Shown here: positions 8,397 to 17,852 of the stretch, one piece after another
Numbering within the stretch: the stretch's first letter is position 1
Layout of the letters: each line of letters opens with the position of its first letter
From: Cyanobium sp.
Lineage (GTDB): Bacteria > Cyanobacteriota > Cyanobacteriia > PCC-6307 > Cyanobiaceae
Length of the DNA stretch: 64,000 nucleotides
Reading direction: 5' to 3'
NCBI GenBank assembly: GCA_965662115.1
Contig: CBFIGH010000013.1
Coordinates: 11,914 to 75,913, forward strand
The notes under the pieces: generated by a model
Seen by the model: the letters and a program-made list of their open reading frames with translations, nothing else
Told to the model about the DNA's origin: nothing
Database searches by the model: none
Made by a program: the position numbers and the translations under genes

Positions 8397-9053
8397 TCAG
8401 ACTTGAGGTCGGCTGGAAGCGATGCGCCGCCGGAGTTTGCGGCTGAAGCCAAAGGCAACAGCGAGGCCCAGCACAGGTAGAGGTCCTGGCACCTGGGTCC
8501 CCGCTGGCACCGGTGCGTTCACCGTTAGGCTCCAGCTGTTGATGCTCATGGGGTCATCTCGCATGCCGTCAGCAAAGAGCAAATTCCAGGTGCCATTGCC
8601 CTCCTCACCAATGAAGGCACTCAACGGTGAAGAGGGCCGGAAGGTGCCGGAAACAAGCGAGTTGCCGCTGACCAAACTGGGGGCGGTGTCGTCAAAAGTC
8701 CAGGTCACGGTGTCCCCAGGCGTCTGCCCGCCAAGAGCACCAGAGGGAACGAGAGTAACGATCGTGCCGGTTGGGCTTTGGAGCTGCAAGCGGATTTCAT
8801 CGTTCCAGCTCTTTTTATCTCCCTCACATGCGCCTGTGCTGAGATTGATTGAATTTCCGCTTGCAGCTTCACTGCACTTGGTGAGATTGATCGTGGTCGT
8901 TACACCGGTCACCGGGCCGGTGAATTCTGAAAACGTCAACCCGGTGCTGCTGTTGGTGCCGTCAACAATCAGTACGGGGTTGAAGGTGTCGGATAAGGTA
9001 AGCGCAGAGGCCGCCTGAGGTGCTAGCAGGGGGAGGCCGAGGAAAGAAGCCAC
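8397..9053 (-). CDS. secreted proprotein-convertase P-domain protein with PEP-CTERM-like C-terminal anchor
   Basis: P-domain-like core (IRLQLQSPTGTIVTLV, TWTFDD, GTFRPSSPLSAFIGEEGNGTWNLLFADGMRDDPMSINSWSLTV). C-terminus VPGPLPVLGLAVAFGFSRKLRRRI resembles the PEP-CTERM sorting signal. The GTG start gives a truncated-looking signal peptide (see findings). Confidence 0.7.
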   Translation of the reverse strand: MASFLGLPLLAPQAASALTLSDTFNPVLIVDGTNSSTGLTFSEFTGPVTGVTTTINLTKCSEAASGNSINLSTGACEGDKKSWNDEIRLQLQSPTGTIVTLVPSGALGGQTPGDTVTWTFDDTAPSLVSGNSLVSGTFRPSSPLSAFIGEEGNGTWNLLFADGMRDDPMSINSWSLTVNAPVPAGTQVPGPLPVLGLAVAFGFSRKLRRRIASSRPQV

Positions 9054-9092
9054 TACGGCAGCGGCTACAGAAGTTCTACGCGCCGTGAGTGT

Positions 9093-9104
9093 GGGGGGGG
9101 GGGG
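9093..9104. repeat. G12 homopolymer (C12 on the coding strand of the P-domain gene leader)
   Basis: Counted directly: 8 G at the end of 9091-9100 plus 4 G at 9101-9104. Confidence 0.9.
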
Positions 9105-9139
9105 AGCACTTTAATCCTGCCTCATGGGGTTGGACTATA

Positions 9140-10882
9140 ATAGTATACGTTCAGGGGGCGTGACAGCTCGCGGCGAACATCGGCCCTGCTGAACCCTTGA
9201 CGGCAGTTTGATTTCCGGTTGCATCTCAGGTAGAGACCGCCTGTGATGAGCGCACCCCCGGCTGGAATTCCAGATACGGACTGGTTTGAAACTCCAGCCA
9301 GCGTCAGAGCGCTAATCATCGCTCAGCAGCAGGAGATTCCGGCACTCAGGCAAGAGAACGATGAGCTCCGCGTTCAACTCACCGCCCTGGCGAGCGAGCT
9401 GGCCAGCCTGCGGGAGCGGATTGGTCGCAGCTCCCGCAACTCCTCCACACCTCCCTCCAGTGATGGCCTGGGTTTTAAGCCGCCAGAGCGGCGCAAGGGC
9501 AGTGGCCGCAAGCGCGGCGGCCAGCCGGGCCATCCCGGCAGTGGGCCGGAACTGCTGCCGATCGAGCGGGTGGATGAAGTGGTGGATCACCACCCTGATG
9601 CCTGCCGCCGCTGCGGCACCTTGCTCCAGGGAGAGGATCTCGATCCCATGCGCCATCAGGTGATTGAGATTCCGCCGATCACGCCGCTAGTGATCGAGCA
9701 CCGGCTGCATCGCTTGGTGTGCCCCTGCTGTTCCACCAGCACCTGCGCCTCGTTGCCGGCGGATGTGGAAGCCAGTCACTACGGCCCAAGGCTCAGTGCA
9801 CTGGTGGGCTTGCTGGGCAGTGCCTTCCCCTTGAGTTTCAGCAAGACCCAGGCCCTGCTCCAGCAGCTGGTAGGAGTGGAGATGAGCTGTGGGGCGATTG
9901 CACGGGTCCGCCAGCGTCTGAGTGAAGCACTGGAGCAGCCCATGCAGGAGGCCCTTGCTTTTGCCCGCGTGCAGCCGGTGGCCTACGTCGTAGACGAAGT
10001 CTTGCGCGTAGCGGTTGAAACTGGCGCTCCCACCGGCAACGCCGACGGCAACAATCCCACTGGAAAGCGGGGCTGGCAGTGGGTCATGGTCACACCGCTG
10101 GTGACGGTGTTTCTGCAGGGCCTGAGCCGTTCTACGGCCGCTGCGATTGAGCTGCTCGGCAGTGCCTTTGGCGGGATTGTCGTGAGCGATCGCTTCTCGG
10201 CCTACAACCACCTGCCGGTGATGCAAAGGCAGCTGTGTTGGGCGCACCTGATCCGCGATTTAACGGCCATCGCCGAACGCCCGGGCGTCAGCGCTGAGTT
10301 TGGAGCCCAGCTGCTTGGCCTGCAGCAGCAGCTGTTTGGCCACTGGCACCACTACAAGGAGGGAACAATTGACTGGCCCGCCTTGCAGCAAAGCTGCCGG
10401 CCGATTCGCAAGAATTTTGAAGCCACGTTGCAGCGGGTAGTGGAGCTGGGCTACCAACGCGGCGAGCGAACGCCGTGGGCCAGCACAGTGCGCACCTGCC
10501 AGCAGCTCCAGAAGGTGACAGGTGGGTTGTGGACCTTCCTGGAGAACGAGGGAATCGAGCCCACCAGCAACGCAGCAGAACGTGCCCTGCGCCAGTCGGT
10601 GATTCAGCGCAAGATCAGTCACGGCGTCCAATCAGCCAGCGGTGCAGTCTGCCGCAGCCGCCTGCTCACGGTTACAACCAGCCTGCAGCAACAAGGCCGC
10701 GATGTCTGGCAGTTCCTGGAGCAGGCCTGGATCTCCCATCACCGCGATGGGGTGATGCCGTCACTGCTGAGCGATCCCTGAGGGAAGAAGAACGAGCAAG
10801 GAAGAGTCTCTGATCGCTCAGCGGTGAGTGATCAGGCTTGCATTCGTGCGGCGGGGCGTCCCGAGCCCTGAACGCATACTAT
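9140..10882 (+). mobile_element. IS66-family insertion sequence, single-ORF type (boundaries approximate)
   Basis: Imperfect terminal inverted repeats: left ATAGTATACGTTCAGGG (9140-9156); right reverse complement ATAGTATGCGTTCAGGG (10882-10866), with weaker similarity about 20 nt further inward. The GTAT(A/G)CG ends resemble the IS66 GTAAGCG ends. They enclose the transposase ORF. No clear target-site duplication found. Confidence 0.7.
9243..10781 (+). CDS. IS66-family transposase (TnpC-like)
   Basis: N-terminal coiled coil, NSSTPPSSDG...GGQPGHPG, zinc-finger CRRCG...CPCC, DDE-region landmarks VVSDRFSAYN, CWAHLIRDL, SNAAERALR. Confidence 0.9.
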   Translation: MMSAPPAGIPDTDWFETPASVRALIIAQQQEIPALRQENDELRVQLTALASELASLRERIGRSSRNSSTPPSSDGLGFKPPERRKGSGRKRGGQPGHPGSGPELLPIERVDEVVDHHPDACRRCGTLLQGEDLDPMRHQVIEIPPITPLVIEHRLHRLVCPCCSTSTCASLPADVEASHYGPRLSALVGLLGSAFPLSFSKTQALLQQLVGVEMSCGAIARVRQRLSEALEQPMQEALAFARVQPVAYVVDEVLRVAVETGAPTGNADGNNPTGKRGWQWVMVTPLVTVFLQGLSRSTAAAIELLGSAFGGIVVSDRFSAYNHLPVMQRQLCWAHLIRDLTAIAERPGVSAEFGAQLLGLQQQLFGHWHHYKEGTIDWPALQQSCRPIRKNFEATLQRVVELGYQRGERTPWASTVRTCQQLQKVTGGLWTFLENEGIEPTSNAAERALRQSVIQRKISHGVQSASGAVCRSRLLTVTTSLQQQGRDVWQFLEQAWISHHRDGVMPSLLSDP

Positions 10883-11132
10883 ACGTGAGATTCCCCCCTT
10901 GCTGCTGCGTGCAAGAACAAATTCACTTAGAACTGTGTAATTGGATACAGTTTAATCGCTGATTCTTGCCCTATTACCATTCTGCGAGCCCCGCCGCCCC
11001 TCCATCGCGTTGGCTTTCCGGCACCAGACAACCCACTCCGGTAGTGAACGTCCGGGCTGGGGACGGCCCCCGTCCCCACTGGTTTCCGCGCGCTGTGACA
11101 GGCTTTAGCCACGCGCCTGCGCAGCCCCAGCC

Positions 11133-12344
11133 ATGACCGGCACTACGGCCCCCGACGACAGCCTGGCCCGCTACGACACGTTGATCCATCGGCGCCAGAC
11201 CCGCAGCGTGCGGGTGGGCACCATCTGGATTGGCAGCGGCCATCCGGTCGTGGTGCAATCGATGATCAACGAGGACACCCTCGACATCGAGGCTGCCACC
11301 GCGGGGATCCGCCGGCTGCATGAGGCCGGCTGCGAGATCGTGCGGCTCACCGTGCCGTCCCTGGCCCACGCCAAGGCGGTCAAGGAGATCCGCCAGCGCC
11401 TTGAAGACAGCTACCAGAGCGTGCCCCTGGTGGCCGATGTGCACCACAACGGCATGAAGATCGCCCTGGAGGTGGCCCAGCACGTCGACAAGGTGCGGAT
11501 CAACCCCGGCCTGTTTGTGTTTGACAAGCCCGACCCCAACCGCACCGAATTCAGCCCTGAGGAGGTGGCTGCGATCGGTGAGCGCATCAGCGACACCTTT
11601 GAACCGTTGGTTCAATCCCTCAAGGCCCAGGACAAGGCCCTGCGCATCGGCGTCAACCACGGCTCCCTGGCCGAGCGGATGCTGTTCAGCTACGGCGACA
11701 CACCGCTCGGCATGGTGGAGAGCGCCATGGAGTTCATCCGCATCTGCGACCGGCTCGACTTCCACAACATCGTGGTGTCGATGAAGGCCTCGCGAGCTCC
11801 CGTGATGATGGCCGCCTACCGGATGATGGCCGACCGCATGGATGCCGAGGGCTTCCCTTACCCCCTGCACCTGGGCGTCACCGAAGCCGGCGATGGTGAC
11901 TACGGCCGCATCAAGAGCACCGCCGGCATTGCGCCCCTGCTGGCCGAAGGCCTGGGGGACACGATCCGGGTTTCGCTCACCGAGGCCCCCGAGCGGGAGA
12001 TTCCGGTTTGCTACGCGATTCTGCAGGCCCTGGGGCTTCGCAAGACGATGGTCGAATACGTGGCCTGCCCCAGTTGCGGCCGCACGCTCTTCAACCTCGA
12101 AGAGGTGCTTCACAAGGTGCGCAATGCCACCTCCCATCTCACCGGTCTCGACATCGCCGTGATGGGCTGCATCGTCAATGGACCCGGTGAGATGGCTGAT
12201 GCCGACTACGGCTACGTGGGCAAGATCCCCGGCACGATCTCCCTCTATCGCGGCCGCGAGGAGATCCGCCGGGTGCCGGAGGCCGATGGCGTGGCGGCCC
12301 TGATTGCTTTGATTCAGGAGGATGGGCGCTGGGTTGAGCCCTGA
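11133..12344 (+). CDS. ispG: 4-hydroxy-3-methylbut-2-en-1-yl diphosphate synthase
   Basis: [44 protein letters not shown] and GCIVNGPGE Fe-S cysteines. Confidence 0.95.
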   Translation: MTGTTAPDDSLARYDTLIHRRQTRSVRVGTIWIGSGHPVVVQSMINEDTLDIEAATAGIRRLHEAGCEIVRLTVPSLAHAKAVKEIRQRLEDSYQSVPLVADVHHNGMKIALEVAQHVDKVRINPGLFVFDKPDPNRTEFSPEEVAAIGERISDTFEPLVQSLKAQDKALRIGVNHGSLAERMLFSYGDTPLGMVESAMEFIRICDRLDFHNIVVSMKASRAPVMMAAYRMMADRMDAEGFPYPLHLGVTEAGDGDYGRIKSTAGIAPLLAEGLGDTIRVSLTEAPEREIPVCYAILQALGLRKTMVEYVACPSCGRTLFNLEEVLHKVRNATSHLTGLDIAVMGCIVNGPGEMADADYGYVGKIPGTISLYRGREEIRRVPEADGVAALIALIQEDGRWVEP

Positions 12345-12401
12345 AGTGGGGTGCCGGCGCTAGTTTGAAAGCGTCTTTACCCGGCCCGATCCGCTCTTCA
12401 G

Positions 12402-13742
12402 ATGGCCAGCCCTCGCACCAGCCTGCTTGTGCTGGTCGGCATCGGTGCCTGTGCGGCCACAGCGGTTGTCGCCAGGGAGGTGGTGACCTCCCCGGGAGGA
12501 ACATCACGAATCAGTGATAGTCCTAAGGAGGTGATCGACCAAACCTGGCAGATCGTCTTCCGCGACTACCTCGATATCAACGGCAAATACAATCCGGAGC
12601 AATGGCGCCAGCTGCGCCGCGATGTGTTGGCCAAGAGCTACGGCAGCTCCAAGGAGGCCTATGAATCGATCCGCGGCATGCTGGGCAGCCTCGATGATCC
12701 CTACACCCGCTTCCTTGATCCGCGGGAATTCAAGGAAATGCAGATTGACACGTCAGGGGAGCTCTCCGGCGTGGGCATCCAGCTGAGCCTTGATAAGGAA
12801 ACCAAGAATCTGGTGGTTGTCTCGCCCATCGAGGGTTCCCCCGCTTCCCGAGCAGGTGTGCAGCCGAAGGATGTGATCACGGCGATCGATGGCAAGAGCA
12901 CCAAGGGCATGAGCACGGAGGATGCGGTCAAGTTGATCCGTGGTCAGGCCGGTACCTCAGTGACCCTGACCCTGCAACGCAAGGGTCAGAGCCTGCAGGT
13001 GCCCCTCACCCGGGAGCGCATTGAACTCCATGCCGTTGATCATCAGATCAACACCACCCCAGATGGAATCAAGGTGGGCTACATCCGCCTGCGTCAGTTC
13101 AATGCCACCGCCACCAAGGACATGCGGCTGGCGGTCAAGGACCTGGAGGAGAAGGGTGCCCAGGGGTACGTGCTCGATTTGCGCAGCAACCCCGGTGGCC
13201 TGCTGATGGCCAGTGTGGAGATCGCCCGTCAGTGGCTCAATGAGGGCACGATCGTTTCCACCAAAACCCGTGACGGCATCCAAGACATCAAGCGGGCCAA
13301 CGGTCGCGCCCTAACGGCCAAGCCCCTGGTGGTGCTGGTGAATGAGGGCTCCGCCAGTGCCAGTGAAATCCTCTCCGGCGCCCTGCAGGACAACCAGCGG
13401 GCCGTGCTGGTGGGCCAGAAAACCTTTGGCAAGGGTTTGGTGCAATCGGTGCGGGGTCTCTCCGATGGCTCCGGCATGACCGTCACCATCGCCAAATACC
13501 TCACCCCCAGCGGCCGCGACATCCACAAACACGGTATTGATCCGGATGTGCGGGTGAAGATGACTGAGCTGGAGGCCCAACGGCTCAAGCTCGAAGACCT
13601 GGGCACCAAAAAAGACAGCCAATACAGGGTGGCCGAATCCACCTTGGTGAAGCGGTTGCGCAGTGCCAACGGCCCAACCCAGGCCTACAAGCCAGACAGT
13701 GCCAACCTCCCGGCAGCCCTGGGGGCGACGGCCCAGCCTTGA
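12402..13742 (+). CDS. ctpA: carboxyl-terminal processing protease (S41)
   Basis: N-terminal anchor, PDZ segment (GVGIQL...VVSPIEGSPASRAGV), catalytic region VLVNEGSASASEILSGAL and TFGKGLVQS. Confidence 0.9.
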   Translation: MASPRTSLLVLVGIGACAATAVVAREVVTSPGGTSRISDSPKEVIDQTWQIVFRDYLDINGKYNPEQWRQLRRDVLAKSYGSSKEAYESIRGMLGSLDDPYTRFLDPREFKEMQIDTSGELSGVGIQLSLDKETKNLVVVSPIEGSPASRAGVQPKDVITAIDGKSTKGMSTEDAVKLIRGQAGTSVTLTLQRKGQSLQVPLTRERIELHAVDHQINTTPDGIKVGYIRLRQFNATATKDMRLAVKDLEEKGAQGYVLDLRSNPGGLLMASVEIARQWLNEGTIVSTKTRDGIQDIKRANGRALTAKPLVVLVNEGSASASEILSGALQDNQRAVLVGQKTFGKGLVQSVRGLSDGSGMTVTIAKYLTPSGRDIHKHGIDPDVRVKMTELEAQRLKLEDLGTKKDSQYRVAESTLVKRLRSANGPTQAYKPDSANLPAALGATAQP

Positions 13743-13945
13743 GCGAACAACCCACCCTGTGGGCTAGTAAGCCCTGGTGGTGCCAGCCCTGGACCATCGT
13801 GTTGACCGGGTTGGCCATACCACTGGCAAGCTGGTTCGTTGTCGAACGCTGGTGGCTGACCGCCCCGTTGGCCGGGGGGGTGTTGGTGTGGTGGTGGCTG
13901 TTCTTGGTGGTGGTGCCGCGGAGCTATCAGCAACAGCAGCCGTAA
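13739..13945 (+). CDS. small Trp-rich membrane protein (68 aa), conserved-hypothetical type
   Basis: TTG start overlapping the ctpA stop. Two hydrophobic helices (WTIVLTGLAIPLASWFVV, LAGGVLVWWWLFLVVV). Confidence 0.5.
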   Translation: MSEQPTLWASKPWWCQPWTIVLTGLAIPLASWFVVERWWLTAPLAGGVLVWWWLFLVVVPRSYQQQQP

Positions 13946-13979
13946 TTCAGCCACGACTATCAAGCCGGTGAGCCTCAGT

Positions 13980-14150
13980 TCAGGAAACCGGCTGCATCAG
14001 ACCGCCGCCTGGACTGGAATCATCGTCGTCGTTGTTGCCCGGATCGCCTTGGAGCAGGGCGTAGAGACCGAGAGCAACCAGGCTCACCACCCCGGAGATC
14101 AGCGAGAAGCCAGCGGAGGAGCCCGAACCCTGCGCGATCAGATCTCCCAT
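13980..14150 (-). CDS. small membrane protein (56 aa from MGDLIAQ)
   Basis: One helix (FSLISGVVSLVALGLYALL) followed by an acidic tail NNDDDDSS. The ORF track extends it to 14165. Confidence 0.35.
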   Translation of the reverse strand: MGDLIAQGSGSSAGFSLISGVVSLVALGLYALLQGDPGNNDDDDSSPGGGLMQPVS

Positions 14151-14227
14151 GTTGCTCCGTAACACAAGTTCTCACAATTGTAACGGAAGATTGAGGGATC
14201 CGTGGCCGGGTCCTGCCCAGCCGCCGC

Positions 14228-17200
14228 CTAAACGACCAGCACGGCTTCGTTCTGGGCCGCCTGCTGGGTGGCGCGCTCGGCCTCGCTCAGGCCAGCTTCG
14301 CCTGGGATCTGGGCTGCCATCTGCCGCAGCCAGCCCATCAACTCCTCCACTTGCTTCTCGGCGGGCAGCACCCCCAGTCCCCTGGCCAACACCTTGGCGG
14401 TGGCTCCCGATCCGCCTTGATAGAGCAGCCGTCCATGCAAATGCTGCGGCAGGCCCTGGCGCAGCAGGCGAAAAGCAGGCTCTTCCATGGGTGTTTCGAG
14501 GCAGATGTTCGGCTTTTCCGGCTTGATCCGCGAGAAGCCACAGCGCTTGGCCACCAATTTCAGCTCCATCAGCTGCAGCAGCGACTGCACCGCCTGGGGA
14601 ATGGCGCCATAGCGATCCACCCAGGCCGCGGCCAGTTCAACCAGGGCGGCGCTGCTGCTGCAGTCGGCGGCGGCCCGGTAGGCCGCCATCTTCTCGTCGT
14701 TTTCGGTGATCCAGTCGCCTGGGATGAAGGCTGTGATGGGCAGATCGATCTGGGTGTCTTCGACATTGGGGATGTCCTGCCCCTGGATCTCCGCGAGCGA
14801 TTCCTGCAGCATTTCCATGTAGAGGTCAAAACCGATCGCCTCCATCTGGCCGCTCTGCTCCACCCCCAGCAGATTGCCCACGCCGCGGATCTCCATGTCG
14901 CGCATGGCCAGCTGGTAGCCGCTACCGAGCTGGGCGAATTCCTGAATCGCCCGCAGCCGCTGGCGGGCGGCTTCCGAGAGCGAGGCATCGCCGGGATAGA
15001 AGAGCCAGGCGTGGGCCTGGATGCCACTGCGGCCCACCCGACCCCGCAGCTGGTACAGCTGGGCGAGTCCGAACTTGTGGGCATCCTCGATCAGGATCGT
15101 GTTGACCCTGGGGATGTCGAGGCCGCTCTCCACGATCGTGGTGCAGAGCATCAGGTCGGCTTCGCCGGCGTTGAAGGCCACCATGGCGCTCTCGAGCTCC
15201 CCCTCGGCCATCTGGCCGTGGGCCACAAGCAAGCGCAGGCCGGGAATCATGCTCTGCAGCTGGCCGGCCACATCGTCAATCCCTTCCACCCGGGGCACCA
15301 CATAGAAGATCTGGCCGCCGCGGTCAATCTCCTGGCGGATCGCGCTGCGCACCGCCTCCTCATCGAGGGCGGCCAGATGGGTTTTGATCGGGCGACGCAG
15401 GGGCGGCGGTGTGGTGATCAGGCTCATCTCCCGAACGCCCGAGAGGCTCATGTAGAGGGTGCGCGGAATCGGGGTGGCGCTGAGGGTCAGGACGTCCACG
15501 TCATTGCGGAGAGCCTTGATCTTTTCCTTCTGGTTGACGCCGAACCGCTGCTCCTCATCCACCACCAGCAGCCCCAGTTGCTTGAAGCCCGTGCCCTTGG
15601 AGAGCAGCTGGTGGGTTCCTACCACCACATCCACGCTGCCTTTAGCGAGCCCTTCGAGGATGGTCTTGCGCTCGCTGGCGGTGCGGAAGCGGTTGAGCAG
15701 GCTCACTTTGAGTGGATAGGGGGCGAAGCGTTCGCTCAGGGTGCGCCAGTGCTGTTGAGCTAACACCGTGGTGGGGGCAAGCATGGCTACCTGCTTGCCC
15801 GCTGTCACGGCTTTGAAGATGGCGCGAATCGCCACTTCCGTTTTGCCGAATCCGACATCGCCGCACACCAGCCGGTCCATGGGCTGCGGTTGTTCCATGT
15901 CGCGCTTGACATCGGCAATCGCCTTGGTCTGGTCGGGGGTGGGGTCATAGGGGAAGGAATCCTCCAGCTCCTGCTGCCAGGGGCCGTCGGCTGGGAAGGC
16001 GAATCCCGGCGCCTGGTGACGCTGGGCATAGAGCTTGACCAGATCCACCGCCACCTTGCGCACGGCCTTTTTGGCCCGTTCCTTGGCCTTGGCCCAGGCG
16101 GTGCCGCCCATGCGGTTCAGATCCGGCGGCGCGTCGGTGCTGGCGCGGTAACGGCCGAGGCTGCCCAGCTGGTCGGCGGCGACCCGCAGCAGGCCATCGG
16201 CGTACTGCACCACCAGGTAGTCGCGGGAGTCGCCGCCAATGGCCAGCTTCTCGAGCTTGAGAAACTTCCCGATGCCGTGGTTGCGGTGCACCACAAAGTC
16301 GCCCGGTTGCATCTTGCCCGGGTCGACCGTGCGGCTGGCGGCCTTGCGGCGACGGCGCACATAGCCGCTGGCGGCCAGGGCATGCTGGCCGAAGAACTCC
16401 CGGTCGCTGATCAGCACCAGCTTCCAGGCGGGCAACTGCAGCCCCTCGAGCTCGGCGGTGCTGCGATGTTTCAACGCCACCGGTGTGGCCTGCTCCACCA
16501 GTCGATCGATGGCGGGGAAGTCGGCCGGGTTGGGCACGAAGCGGCTGATGCAGTCGTGCTCCTCCAGCAGGGCCACCGCCCGTGAGGGCTGGGCGGAGAT
16601 CAGCCACACCGTGGCCCGTTCGGCCACAAAGCCCTTGACCAGGGCGGCCAGCTTGCCAAAGGCGTTGGGGTAGGCCGGCACCGACCGAGCGGCCAGGTCA
16701 AAGCTGTTGGGGTGCTGATCGGTGTCCTGCAGCTCGGCCAGATCAAAGCCCCTGAAGGCTTCCACCTGCTGAAGGGAGCCAGTTGGCTCCCGATGCAGCA
16801 GGGGCGGCAGGGCGGCAGCCAACCCGCTGCAGACATCGGCATGGTGGTCGGCGGCATGCTCAAACCACTGCTGGCCATGGGAGAGGCACTGGCCCCTTGC
16901 ATCGACCGCCACCAGGGTGTCGGTGGGCAGGTAATCGAGCAGGGAGGCGGGCTGCTGCCAGGCCAGCCCCATCAACCGCCGCATTCCCTCGGGGGTGCCC
17001 CCCTCCAGCAGCTGGTCGAGGGCCTCCGGGCTAAGCAGCTGCTCCAGCCCTGCCGGCATCGCCTCGCGCAGGGCTTCGGCAACCAGGGGGCCGTAGCCAC
17101 TGGGGGTCAGGCGCACCACCTCGATCGGATCGAGCGAGCGTTGGGATGCGGGATCAAATTCCCGCAGTTTGTCGAGCTCCTCGCCAAAAAATTCGAGCCT

Positions 17201-17779
17201 GACGGGGAGTTCGCTGCTCACCGGGAAGACATCGACGATGTCGCCCCGGCGGCTCCAACTGCCCTCCTGCTCAATTGTGGGCACCCGCTCGTAGCCGAGG
17301 CGCGCCAGGGTTTCGCCCAGCTGCTCAAGGTTGATGGTTTCGCCTTTGCGCAGGCTCAGGCATTGGGCCCGCAGGGCCTGCGGCGGCGGCAGATGGGGCT
17401 GTAGCGCACGCTCCGTGGCGACGATGGCCACACCCGTGGGGCTGTCCAACAGCTCACTGAGTACCTGCAGCTGCCCCCAGGTGATCTCGCTGGTGGGATC
17501 AAACGGTTCATAGGGGCTGCCCTCACTGGTGGGGTAGAGCTGGCAGCTGCTCCAACCCATCAACTCCAGCAGCGCTGCCCAGCGGCCCGCCTCCTCCAAG
17601 GTGGGCACGATCACCAGCAGGGGGGCGCCGGCAGCTCGGGCCATGGCGCTGCTGATCAGCGCCCGGGCGGCCCGGCCAGCGCCGGCCAACCGCAACCGTT
17701 CTGGTCGGGCTAGTCGCGCCAACACCTCGCCAGTCAACGGTGCCAGCTGCAGCTGGCGCACCAGGGCGGTGAGGGGCAT
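14228..17779 (-). CDS. mfd: transcription-repair coupling factor
   Basis: CarD-like HRNHGIGKF, helicase motifs GDVGFGKTEVA, VVDEEQRFGV, LTLSATPIPRT, GQLYQLRGRVGRS. Start set at MPLTALV (17779); the ORF is open to 17926. Confidence 0.95.
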   Translation of the reverse strand: MPLTALVRQLQLAPLTGEVLARLARPERLRLAGAGRAARALISSAMARAAGAPLLVIVPTLEEAGRWAALLELMGWSSCQLYPTSEGSPYEPFDPTSEITWGQLQVLSELLDSPTGVAIVATERALQPHLPPPQALRAQCLSLRKGETINLEQLGETLARLGYERVPTIEQEGSWSRRGDIVDVFPVSSELPVRLEFFGEELDKLREFDPASQRSLDPIEVVRLTPSGYGPLVAEALREAMPAGLEQLLSPEALDQLLEGGTPEGMRRLMGLAWQQPASLLDYLPTDTLVAVDARGQCLSHGQQWFEHAADHHADVCSGLAAALPPLLHREPTGSLQQVEAFRGFDLAELQDTDQHPNSFDLAARSVPAYPNAFGKLAALVKGFVAERATVWLISAQPSRAVALLEEHDCISRFVPNPADFPAIDRLVEQATPVALKHRSTAELEGLQLPAWKLVLISDREFFGQHALAASGYVRRRRKAASRTVDPGKMQPGDFVVHRNHGIGKFLKLEKLAIGGDSRDYLVVQYADGLLRVAADQLGSLGRYRASTDAPPDLNRMGGTAWAKAKERAKKAVRKVAVDLVKLYAQRHQAPGFAFPADGPWQQELEDSFPYDPTPDQTKAIADVKRDMEQPQPMDRLVCGDVGFGKTEVAIRAIFKAVTAGKQVAMLAPTTVLAQQHWRTLSERFAPYPLKVSLLNRFRTASERKTILEGLAKGSVDVVVGTHQLLSKGTGFKQLGLLVVDEEQRFGVNQKEKIKALRNDVDVLTLSATPIPRTLYMSLSGVREMSLITTPPPLRRPIKTHLAALDEEAVRSAIRQEIDRGGQIFYVVPRVEGIDDVAGQLQSMIPGLRLLVAHGQMAEGELESAMVAFNAGEADLMLCTTIVESGLDIPRVNTILIEDAHKFGLAQLYQLRGRVGRSGIQAHAWLFYPGDASLSEAARQRLRAIQEFAQLGSGYQLAMRDMEIRGVGNLLGVEQSGQMEAIGFDLYMEMLQESLAEIQGQDIPNVEDTQIDLPITAFIPGDWITENDEKMAAYRAAADCSSSAALVELAAAWVDRYGAIPQAVQSLLQLMELKLVAKRCGFSRIKPEKPNICLETPMEEPAFRLLRQGLPQHLHGRLLYQGGSGATAKVLARGLGVLPAEKQVEELMGWLRQMAAQIPGEAGLSEAERATQQAAQNEAVLVV

Positions 17780-17852
17780 GGAAGGTTTTGGGCTTGGCTG
17801 GCCCCGATCCTCGCAACTGCCCAGAATGGGGCGATAAAGCCTGGTTGCTGCC

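Noticed and set aside
9122-9319. 65-aa minus-strand ORF inside the left end of the IS
   Set aside because: It overlaps the transposase start region on the opposite strand, has no motifs, and is probably spurious.
9132-10890. Target-site duplication flanking the IS66-family element
   Set aside because: I tried several boundary choices (IS ends at 9140/10882 or 9143/10879). No 8-bp direct repeat was found, so exact ends and insertion history stay unresolved.
10974-12137. 387-aa minus-strand ORF
   Set aside because: It is antisense to ispG, whose identity is unambiguous. No motifs were found. It is a GC artefact.
14351-15763. 470-aa plus-strand ORF, with similar ORFs at 15890-16585 and 16712-17404
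   Set aside because: All are antisense to mfd and have no recognisable domains.
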